A stretch of DNA of 32,860 bases from NCBI GenBank assembly GCA_038844785.1, contig JAWBRA010000017.1, positions 1 through 32,860 on the forward strand, read 5' to 3'. Each line of letters begins with the position of its first letter. Within the stretch, counting starts at the first letter, position 1. Shown here one piece after another: positions 25,536 through 32,860 of this stretch. Origin of the DNA: Candidatus Caldarchaeum sp. (GTDB lineage Archaea; Thermoproteota; Nitrososphaeria_A; Caldarchaeales; Caldarchaeaceae). The position numbers were made by a program, and so were the translations under genes. The notes below the pieces were generated by a model. That model searched no databases and had not been told where the DNA came from. It saw only the letters and a program-made list of their open reading frames with translations.

Positions 25536-26627
25536 GTGAAAAAGTCCTACATGCTTAGGCTGGTGGCGGTTGCTGCTGTTTTGTCATGGTTTTTAAGCTT
25601 TTACATCCACCACCCCAGCGTCGAAGGCAACGTATACAGCGATGTCGCATCTTTTTGGTGGAGGGAGGAACATCTCCAAAATGGGAAGATTCCTTGCTTA
25701 CAGTATTTCTTCGAGTACCCGCCCGGCGCTTGCTTTATCGTCTACGCAGCAAGGCTGATGGGCGGTCAATCCCTCGAGGGATACTATGTTGCTTTTTCAA
25801 TGCTGAGCCTGCCTGCATACCTAGCTCTCGCATGGGCTCTGAACCGTTTAGCAGGTTTTCCAACCAGCCTTTTCTTCATCATGATGCCAAGCCTCATCGT
25901 TTACGGGATATACAACTTCGACCACTTCTTCACAGCGCTGGCTGCGTCCTCGCTGGTCTTTTTCATGGAAGGACGGAGACGGGTCTCTTATCTTCTGCTG
26001 GGGGCAGCGTTCTCTGTAAAGCTTTTCACACTTCTCCTACTTCCTGTATATATACTGGACAACGCTCGGAGACGGCGGGATGTTTACGGGGCGGTTGTGT
26101 TTTTTTCAGCAGGGGCCTTGCCAGCCGTGGCTCCTGTTCTGCTGTCGGACCCGTCATGGGTTTCTAAGTTCGTAGAATACCACCTGGGCTGGGGGCTTGA
26201 AAACTCCTGGACTGTCTGGCTGTCCTCAGACCCATTCTCCCAGTCAGCCAAAATAGTTGGATACCTGACGGCGTTCATACTTCTGGTAAGGTCTTACTTC
26301 TCCCAAGCTTCGTTGGCTGTGAAGGGGTTCATGGTGTTTTCGGGATGGCTTCTCGGCAGCCCAACCTTCACGCCTCAGATGGCTGTCTGGCTGATACCCT
26401 TCACTGCTGCTGTGTCTAAGCTCTGGTTTTGGATACCGTTGTTCGAGGCTTCAAACACTGCAATAATCTTCACATGGTTCATGACCAGCATGCCTACATA
26501 TCCTTGGACTCCTCCGCAAACCATGGCGCTGATTAGGGCGGCTGCGTTAGCAGCCATGTGGGTGACTGCGTATAAATCCGTGCAGCAGACACGGCTTGAA
26601 ACATTGTTAAAAGTCGATGAAAAATGA
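25536..26627 (+). CDS. GT-C-fold (GT87/PIG-M-like) membrane glycosyltransferase
   Basis: YSD...FFEYPP first loop, NFD, and KLF and TPQ motifs in a multi-TM protein. Start is uncertain (25494, 25536 or 25551). Confidence 0.7.
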   Translation: MKKSYMLRLVAVAAVLSWFLSFYIHHPSVEGNVYSDVASFWWREEHLQNGKIPCLQYFFEYPPGACFIVYAARLMGGQSLEGYYVAFSMLSLPAYLALAWALNRLAGFPTSLFFIMMPSLIVYGIYNFDHFFTALAASSLVFFMEGRRRVSYLLLGAAFSVKLFTLLLLPVYILDNARRRRDVYGAVVFFSAGALPAVAPVLLSDPSWVSKFVEYHLGWGLENSWTVWLSSDPFSQSAKIVGYLTAFILLVRSYFSQASLAVKGFMVFSGWLLGSPTFTPQMAVWLIPFTAAVSKLWFWIPLFEASNTAIIFTWFMTSMPTYPWTPPQTMALIRAAALAAMWVTAYKSVQQTRLETLLKVDEK

Positions 26628-27790
26628 GCCTAAAAGAGAGAGCCTTCGTCTATGTATCCATTCTGTCGGCCCTTTTATCAGCTCACATGGTTGTTCCCCT
26701 TATAGGTCTTTACACGTCTGTTGTTTTGGGAGCCGGGCCGTTGACGGTGGGTCTCGTCTACGGCGTTGGGACGTTGACGTCCTTTGTTCTCAGGCTTCCC
26801 ACCGCATGGGTCAGCCGTAGGCTTGGCCTCCGAAACACGATGGCTGCAGGCCTTATCGCCAGCACCGCAGGAAGCACGGTATACGGGTTTGCAACCACGC
26901 CGGAGCACATGGTTGCAGGCAGCCTGCTTAGAGGGCTCGGCTCTGCTTTCTTCTTCCCATCGGCTCTTTCAACGGTTTATGAGGAGGCGGGCGGCGGGAA
27001 AGGGGATGCAAAAAGCCTCGGCTACATGCTTACCGCACCAGCTTTGGGGATGACGCTTGGCCCGATTGTGGGGGCGGGAGTTCTATCTCTCATGGGCTAC
27101 CAGCCCACTTTTTTCTCAGCGGCAGCAATCTCCTCGATAGGGTTGTTAAGCATACTTTCGGCAAGAAACCACGTCAAAAACAACGTAGAAAATTCAGCTG
27201 CTCCGCTCAAGGATAAAAGGTTTCTAAGCCTTTTGATTTCAAGGTTTTTCATAAACTACATCACCGGCACAGTCTCAGCCTTTCTCCCGCTGATGGCTAA
27301 GATCGTCCTGAAATATGATGAGCCTGTCATACTGCTCCTGTTTTCCGCAGGCGCTTTGGCGAACCTTTCATCGCGTGCGGTTATGGGGGCTGCTGCTGGA
27401 AAGCTGGGGGCTCACAACTACATACTCGCAGGCTCCGTGTTGTTGTCTGCTTCGGCGACGTTGTTTAGCTTAGGCAGCGAGACGTTGACATGGGCTAGCA
27501 TGCTGCTCTACGGTTTTGGGATGGGTGTCTTCGTCCTCGGAAGCGTCTACTTTACAGGGCTTATACTGCCTCCAGAGTCTAGGACAATGGGCTTCGCCTT
27601 GCTAACGCTTGTGATCGACGTGGGAAGCTCGGCGGGAAACTTCTTCTCTGGCGTTGTTCTCACATTTGCTGGTTTTGCGGAGGTTTTCATGGTGGCGGCT
27701 TTAGCCGGGTCTGTGGGGGCTGCCGTCGACGTCTTCAGCCGACGATGGCCCTTGCCTTCAGAAAGACAGCGTCGAGCATCCGCTGGGTAA
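26624..27790 (+). CDS. MFS transporter
   Basis: About 12 TM segments; motif-A-like SRRLGLR; RGLGSAFFFP. Confidence 0.85.
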   Translation: MSLKERAFVYVSILSALLSAHMVVPLIGLYTSVVLGAGPLTVGLVYGVGTLTSFVLRLPTAWVSRRLGLRNTMAAGLIASTAGSTVYGFATTPEHMVAGSLLRGLGSAFFFPSALSTVYEEAGGGKGDAKSLGYMLTAPALGMTLGPIVGAGVLSLMGYQPTFFSAAAISSIGLLSILSARNHVKNNVENSAAPLKDKRFLSLLISRFFINYITGTVSAFLPLMAKIVLKYDEPVILLLFSAGALANLSSRAVMGAAAGKLGAHNYILAGSVLLSASATLFSLGSETLTWASMLLYGFGMGVFVLGSVYFTGLILPPESRTMGFALLTLVIDVGSSAGNFFSGVVLTFAGFAEVFMVAALAGSVGAAVDVFSRRWPLPSERQRRASAG

Positions 27791-28427
27791 GCCTTCCAGT
27801 GTTTGTGTTCTGCCGGGATGGATGGTAGGATGCTATCAGCGTTGGAATCGGTCTTCCATAAAGCTGTCCATCAAGCCTGTAAACCGCGCCATGGCGGAAG
27901 ACAAGCCTCCTGCTCTGGAGAAAGCCTTCGCGCCTCAGCAGCCTTATATAGGTGGAGAAGGCCAGCCTGCCCAGCGTCACACAAACCTTCACCTTATCAA
28001 GAAGCCTAAGCTCTTCAGCAAGGTATTGAACGCAGTTGTTTACCTCGCTGCTGTTTGGCTTGTTGTCAGGCGGGGCGCATCTTACGACCGCCGTCAGGTA
28101 CGCGTCTTTAAGGATGAGGCCGTCATCACGGTTTTCGCTTCTGTCGATGTTCGCGAACCCAGCCCTATACAGTGACTTCATTAAAGTGTTGCCGCTTGAG
28201 TCGCCGGTAAACATCCTGCCAGTCCGGTTGCCGCCGTGAGCCGCTGGAGCAAGCCCTATCACGAGCAGCCTTGCGTTAACGTCGCCAAACCCTGGCAACG
28301 GCTTCGCCCAATACTTCTCAAGCCGGTAGCGTGGAGGAGGGTTTTCAGCAACCTTCTCACGATGTCTGACAAGCCTCGGACAAAGCCTGCACGAGATTAT
28401 CCTCGCGTTGAAGCCGTCAAGGCTCAT
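27735..28427 (-). CDS. udgB: Uracil-DNA glycosylase family 5
   Basis: Fe-S cysteines CRLCPRL, plus GLAPAAHGGNRTGRMFTGD and YHPSRQN. Confidence 0.92.
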   Translation of the reverse strand: MSLDGFNARIISCRLCPRLVRHREKVAENPPPRYRLEKYWAKPLPGFGDVNARLLVIGLAPAAHGGNRTGRMFTGDSSGNTLMKSLYRAGFANIDRSENRDDGLILKDAYLTAVVRCAPPDNKPNSSEVNNCVQYLAEELRLLDKVKVCVTLGRLAFSTYIRLLRREGFLQSRRLVFRHGAVYRLDGQLYGRPIPTLIASYHPSRQNTNTGRLTQRMLDAVFLKARAIVG

Positions 28428-29080
28428 AGCCTTCTACGCAGCATCCCACCCTCTCCGACGAAAGGGTTGTTTTTCTTCTCCCATCCCAGCGTAGTTAAAG
28501 GCCCGTGGCCCGGAAGGACCTCAACTTCGTCGGGAAGCTTGAAGAGCTTGTTGACGATCGAGTCGACGATCTGCTCGGTGCTGCCGCCGGGGGCGTCGGT
28601 CCTACCTATCGAGCCTTGGAAAAGTGTGTCGCCGCTGAAGAGGAGGCTGCCGGCGTGGTAGCATACGCTGCCAGGCGAGTGGCCTGGTGTGTGGATAACT
28701 GTTAGCTTCTCCTCCCCAACCTGTATGACCTGACCTTCGTCGACGTAGCCGTCGGGAGCAGGTGGGTCGGCTATCTCTATTCCAAGAAAGTTTCGCGTCA
28801 TCTCCTTGCTCATCAGAAGTATCTCCCTGTCCTGCTGGTGGATGTAGAAGGGTATGTTGAGCGCGTTTTTCAGGTCGTCGACGGCCATGACATGGTCGAA
28901 GTGGCAGTGGGTTGCGTATATTGCAAGGGGTTTGAGCTTGTTTCTCTGTATTGTTTCGAGGATTTTCCACGCATCGTCTCCAGCATCTATAATAATAGCT
29001 TCACGTGAGACGCTGTCATAGGCTATGTATGAGTTGCTCTGAAGCAGTCCAACCGTGTTAACCAAATACGTTAGCGTCAA
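28424..29080 (-). CDS. MBL-fold hydrolase (glyoxalase II/YcbL-like)
   Basis: THCHFDH, TPGHSPGS, GDTLF and PGHG motifs. Confidence 0.9.
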   Translation of the reverse strand: MTLTYLVNTVGLLQSNSYIAYDSVSREAIIIDAGDDAWKILETIQRNKLKPLAIYATHCHFDHVMAVDDLKNALNIPFYIHQQDREILLMSKEMTRNFLGIEIADPPAPDGYVDEGQVIQVGEEKLTVIHTPGHSPGSVCYHAGSLLFSGDTLFQGSIGRTDAPGGSTEQIVDSIVNKLFKLPDEVEVLPGHGPLTTLGWEKKNNPFVGEGGMLRRRL

Positions 29081-29103
29081 CCAAACAACCCGGCTTCAAG
29101 CCA

Positions 29104-29922
29104 CTATATAACAACATCTTTGACGGCGTCGGGTTTGACGGCCCCTTTCTCCGTCAGATACATGTAAACGTGTTCTTTGCCTACCTTTTCGAAAACAGGG
29201 TTAAGCACCGATAAACCATTTTCTGCTGAGACTTCTTCAGCAGGCCCGTGTTCGTTCTCAAACCTCTCTGCATATTTCCAAGTGTCGCAGGCTACGTAGA
29301 AAGGTTTACCGGCTTCTTTTGCGAGCAGAGCTAGGGGTCTTACGCCGACCTTGCCTGCGAAAGAGCCGTCTGGAAAGAAAGCGTCACCACCTACTACAAC
29401 TGCCTCCGAGGCGTCGACAGCATAGCCTGCTGCAGCGTCAACGCAGACGGTAACTCTCTTCAAACGCTTCAGCTCCGACGCCATGATTAAACCCTCGCGC
29501 AAAGGCCTTGATTCAAGGATGAAAACATCGCTTACCGTGTCGATCTTTTTCAGGATGTTCAGAACTGTTCCGCTGTGGCTGATTGTGGCCACGGCTTTGC
29601 ATCCTTTTAGTTGTTTCTCAGCGTTTTCCACGAGCTTTTCCACCATCATGCGGTAGGCTGTCTCAACCTGTCTGCATGCTTCCACAATCTCGTCCGGGTA
29701 GAAGCGTTTAACCCTCTTCAAAACCTCGTCGCTGAAACGTTTCACCAAAGGCATCGCAGGCCTGGCCTTCCCTATCATCTCCGAAAGCAGCGCAACATCA
29801 CGTTCGAGGTTCTTGCTCTCCTCAGCTATTTTTCGGTAGGCTTCCAAAACCATCCCGGCAAGAGCCGTTGACCCGCGTCTCCTCTCCCTTACAATTTCCT
29901 CAACTATATCAAACGCCATCAA
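29104..29922 (-). CDS. eIF-2B alpha/beta/delta-like protein (R15P isomerase/MtnA fold)
   Basis: RPAM, TISHSGTV, ESRPLREG, VGGD, KVG and PFYV motifs. Confidence 0.85.
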   Translation of the reverse strand: MMAFDIVEEIVRERRRGSTALAGMVLEAYRKIAEESKNLERDVALLSEMIGKARPAMPLVKRFSDEVLKRVKRFYPDEIVEACRQVETAYRMMVEKLVENAEKQLKGCKAVATISHSGTVLNILKKIDTVSDVFILESRPLREGLIMASELKRLKRVTVCVDAAAGYAVDASEAVVVGGDAFFPDGSFAGKVGVRPLALLAKEAGKPFYVACDTWKYAERFENEHGPAEEVSAENGLSVLNPVFEKVGKEHVYMYLTEKGAVKPDAVKDVVI

Positions 29923-30941
29923 GGTATTAGCACGAGTTTGCCGAAGAAGGCGTCCGATTCCATCAGCTTATGGGCTTCCGCAGCGTTCTTGAGTGGGAAT
30001 GTTCTGTCAACAACTGGCTTGAGAAGCTTTTTCTCGAAGAGCTGGAGAACAGCTGGTATCTCCTGCTTGTTCCAGCTGTAGCTTCCCAGCAAGCTTAACT
30101 GTCGTCTGTATGTGTACCGGATGTTGATTGACGCGTTCTCGCCTGACGTGGCTCCGAAGTAGACAAGTTTTCCTCCGGGGCTGAGGCTTTTCACCGCTTC
30201 ATCCCACATCGCCTGCCCAGCGTGCTCTAACACCAAGTCAACTCCCTTCCCCTTCGTTATCTCGTTGACAGCCTCGCTCACCTTTCTCTTCTTCCTGTTG
30301 ACGACGTAGTCGGCTCCGAGAGCGTAGGCCTTTTCAGCCTTCCAATCCTCGCCCACCGTGGTGATGACCGTCGCTCCGAAAAGCTTGCACAGCTGTATGG
30401 CAGCAACACCGACGCCGCTGCCTGCGCCTACAACGAGCACTGTGGACCCTGGCGTTATGTTGGCTCGCGTTACAGCAGCATGCCATACAGTCATATATGT
30501 CACCATTATCGAGGCGGCTTCATGCATCTGCAAGCCGTCGGGTATGGGATAGAGATTGATAGCTGGGACCGTTATCTTCTCTGCGTATGTTCCGTCTGCT
30601 CCATGTCCTAGCAGCTTATGGTTTTCGCATAGTGAGTCGAAACCTTTTAAGCAGAACCTACATCCCCCACATGTGACGGCGGGGTTGACGACAACCCTGT
30701 CACCTTTTGAAACGTTGGCCACATCCTCACCCACCTCCTCCACGACACCAGCAGCCTCAGCTCCTATGATCCGAGGCAGAGAAACCTTGTAAACACCGCT
30801 CCGAATCCAGATGTCTATCCTGTTCATCCCAGCCGCGTGAACCCTGACTACAGCTTCACCCTTGCCAGGGCGTTTTTCGGCAACGTCGACGAGTTTTAGG
30901 ACCTCAGGCGGCCCGGGCTGCTCTAAAACCACCGCTTTCAT
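29919..30941 (-). CDS. Medium-chain dehydrogenase/reductase (Zn-ADH/quinone-reductase-like)
   Basis: Structural Zn site CGGCRFC...C and GAGSGVG. Catalytic Zn ligands are replaced (GMNRID, IGAE). ATG 30941 gives MKAVV. Confidence 0.9.
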   Translation of the reverse strand: MKAVVLEQPGPPEVLKLVDVAEKRPGKGEAVVRVHAAGMNRIDIWIRSGVYKVSLPRIIGAEAAGVVEEVGEDVANVSKGDRVVVNPAVTCGGCRFCLKGFDSLCENHKLLGHGADGTYAEKITVPAINLYPIPDGLQMHEAASIMVTYMTVWHAAVTRANITPGSTVLVVGAGSGVGVAAIQLCKLFGATVITTVGEDWKAEKAYALGADYVVNRKKRKVSEAVNEITKGKGVDLVLEHAGQAMWDEAVKSLSPGGKLVYFGATSGENASINIRYTYRRQLSLLGSYSWNKQEIPAVLQLFEKKLLKPVVDRTFPLKNAAEAHKLMESDAFFGKLVLIP

Positions 30942-30998
30942 ACAAAACTTCTCCGAACGCATGGTTATATTGATGTTGCTTTTGACTGTCCGCTGGAC

Positions 30999-31985
30999 AT
31001 GTCTGTTGACTCCCCCGCCTCCCGTCCGCTGGTGTCGCTGGAGGATGTTCAGGCTGTTTACCGTGTGAGGAAGGGTTTTCTCGGCTCACGGGTTGTTAAA
31101 GCTGTTGACGGGGTCAGCCTCTCAATCCATGAAGGCGGGGCCCTGGCCTTGGTGGGGGAGTCGGGATGTGGGAAAACAACGGTTGGAAAGCTGAGCATAA
31201 GGCTTCTCAAACCATCTTCAGGTAGGATAGTGTACGACGGGGTTGACATCACAAACCTTCCGGAGAAAAACCTTCAGAAGCTGAGAAGGGAGACGAGGAT
31301 GATTTTCCAAGACCCCTATTCCAGCATTAACCCCTACATGACTGTAGGCGAGACAGTCGAAGAGCCTCTGACAGTCCATGGAGTGGACAGCAGAGAGGAA
31401 AGGGCTGAGATGGTTTACAAAGCTCTTGAAGAAGTCAGGCTCACTCCACCCCAGGATATCGCGGTAAAGTATCCTCATCTTCTTTCAGGCGGTCAGAGAC
31501 AGAGGGTAGCAATAGCCAGAGCTATTGTCCTCAAACCTCGCTACATAGTGGCTGACGAGCCTGTCTCGATGATAGATGCTTCAAGCAGGGCCGAGGTTCT
31601 CGAGGTCTTGAAGAATCTTCAAACATCGCACGGCATAGCCTTTCTCTACATCTCACACGACCTTGCTACAACACGTTACTTCGCCGACAGAATCGCCGTG
31701 ATGTATCTGGGCAGGGTTGTTGAGATGGGCGGTGTTGAGGAGGTGTTGTCGGAGCCGCTGCATCCTTACACGCAGGGGCTGATAGCATCCATACCTGAGC
31801 CAGACCCATCTAACAGGTTTGTGGAGCGGCCTGCGATAAAAGGGGAGCCGCCTTCGCCGTTCAACATACCGAGAGGATGTCGTTTCCACCCACGCTGTCC
31901 AAAGGCTTTCGACAGATGCTTTGTTGAAGACCCAGTTCTACGGAGGGTGGGTAAAGACAGGTATGTGGCATGTCATTTATACTGA
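30999..31985 (+). CDS. Oligopeptide/dipeptide ABC transporter ATPase (OppF-like)
   Basis: GESGCGKTT, LSGGQRQR, ADEP, HPYT and GCRFHPRC motifs. Confidence 0.93.
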   Translation: MSVDSPASRPLVSLEDVQAVYRVRKGFLGSRVVKAVDGVSLSIHEGGALALVGESGCGKTTVGKLSIRLLKPSSGRIVYDGVDITNLPEKNLQKLRRETRMIFQDPYSSINPYMTVGETVEEPLTVHGVDSREERAEMVYKALEEVRLTPPQDIAVKYPHLLSGGQRQRVAIARAIVLKPRYIVADEPVSMIDASSRAEVLEVLKNLQTSHGIAFLYISHDLATTRYFADRIAVMYLGRVVEMGGVEEVLSEPLHPYTQGLIASIPEPDPSNRFVERPAIKGEPPSPFNIPRGCRFHPRCPKAFDRCFVEDPVLRRVGKDRYVACHLY

Positions 31986-32693
31986 CCGCTGCTCCTGCTG
32001 AGGCTGCTGCGGTACAGGCTTTTCCTCGGGTTTGCTGGGCTCCTGACCACGTTTAGCTAAGTTCTTTAAAGCATCCGAGGCCGCGTACCCAGTGTAGAGA
32101 AGAGCGCCCGCCAACACTGCTAGGCCAAGCGCCGTCCAAGGAATCCTCTCAACCTCGACAGCCCTGCTTTCAACAACTGTTGCAACCCTCTCCGAAACAA
32201 CAGTGTTCGTAACGAAAGACAGTACGGTTGCTGTTTCAGTTATCCTCTGCGTTACCGTGGCGGTCACGGTCTGCGTTACGGTTTTCGGTTTCTGGACGGA
32301 TACCGTCAGCGAATAAGTGCCTGTGGAGCCTCCGAAGCCTGCCACAGCTATGTAGTGTGGTCCACGCTCGGCTGCTATGTATTCGACGGCGTCCGTAAGC
32401 CCCGCCGCACGGACGCTCTGGCCTACAAGCTCCCTCATCGGGTTAAGCAGATAAAGGTCGAAGTCTTGGTTAGAGGCCATTCTCACCATCGCAACCAGTA
32501 TATCTCCAGGCTCGAGCACAACCTTGAAGAAATGAACTTCGCCAGCGGCTAGGTAGAAGGAGTAGGTGCCTGGGCTTAGCTCAGGCGCTGAGCTGAAGCC
32601 GACTCCGGGGGCAAGCTGCTGAGCCGAGGAAACGATTATTGAAGCTGAAGCCAAGACTAATAACAGCAGCTGAACTGTTTTCATCCACCGCAC
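31977..32693 (-). CDS. Secreted, C-terminally anchored surface protein with a PPC-like beta domain and Thr-rich stalk
   Basis: Signal peptide, DFDLYL...GTYSLTV (PPC-like), TVTQTVTATVT linker, TM helix and a Q/P-rich tail. Confidence 0.8.
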   Translation of the reverse strand: MRWMKTVQLLLLVLASASIIVSSAQQLAPGVGFSSAPELSPGTYSFYLAAGEVHFFKVVLEPGDILVAMVRMASNQDFDLYLLNPMRELVGQSVRAAGLTDAVEYIAAERGPHYIAVAGFGGSTGTYSLTVSVQKPKTVTQTVTATVTQRITETATVLSFVTNTVVSERVATVVESRAVEVERIPWTALGLAVLAGALLYTGYAASDALKNLAKRGQEPSKPEEKPVPQQPQQEQRSV

Positions 32694-32733
32694 ATGCTTA
32701 GAACAGCTTATAAACGTTTAACCGGCGAACAAC

Positions 32734-32860
32734 GGTACTGTCAACCAAGTAATACGCCTCCTTCTGTCTTGGTTTTTATGAGTGTGTTGTGTGTTAGGGC
32801 TATTGCTGCTGCTATCTCCTCAACACTCTTTACTGTCTTTGAGTTTATGTTGTTGTAGAA
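32734..32860 (-). mobile_element. Right end of an IS6-family-like insertion sequence
   Basis: GGTACTGTCAACC at 32734-32746 matches the IS6 terminal pattern GGYWCTGT (IS26 begins GGCACTGT) and overlaps the transposase stop. Confidence 0.65.
32741..32860 (-). CDS. 3' end of an IS6-family-like DDE transposase (truncated by the window edge)
   Basis: Not in the ORF track: FYNNINSKTVKSVEEIAAAIALTHNTLIKTKTEGGVLLG*, resembling archaeal IS6 C-termini. The stop lies inside the TIR-like sequence. Confidence 0.7.
   Translation of the reverse strand, partial: FYNNINSKTVKSVEEIAAAIALTHNTLIKTKTEGGVLLG

Noticed and set aside
32200-32285. Thr/Val-rich quasi-repeat as a DNA tandem repeat
   Set aside because: Codons are degenerate; this is a protein-level low-complexity stalk.

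Overview
Archaeal window; gene content and the multi-intron tRNA suggest a thermophilic Aigarchaeota/Thaumarchaeota-related organism such as Ca. Caldiarchaeum (inference). Most of it is housekeeping or metabolic: purine PRTase, tRNA-Gln(CTG) with two introns, an SDR/M20/molybdenum-hydroxylase operon, A-type ATPase proteolipid, aIF5A, CimA, Dph6, SucCD, Mdh, peptidases, MFS transporters, ThrC, family-5 UDG and an ABC ATPase. Both ends appear to run into mobile elements: an IS110-like transposase tail at 1-239 and an IS6-like tail with its terminal inverted repeat at 32734-32860. The most striking feature is the non-coding region at 217-566. It holds a ~166-nt rod-shaped RNA with one symmetric internal loop built from two ATGAC-N9-AACAT units. 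One N9 is complementary (8 of 9 nt) to DNA at 485-492, a TATA-like site ~26 nt upstream of a C/D-box-like sRNA. This looks like a single-loop bridge/TIGR-like RNA-guided element that may target archaeal promoters. Next to it is an m4C-type methyltransferase plus an unknown helical protein, a candidate defence pair. All family assignments come from motif recognition by eye; no searches were run.
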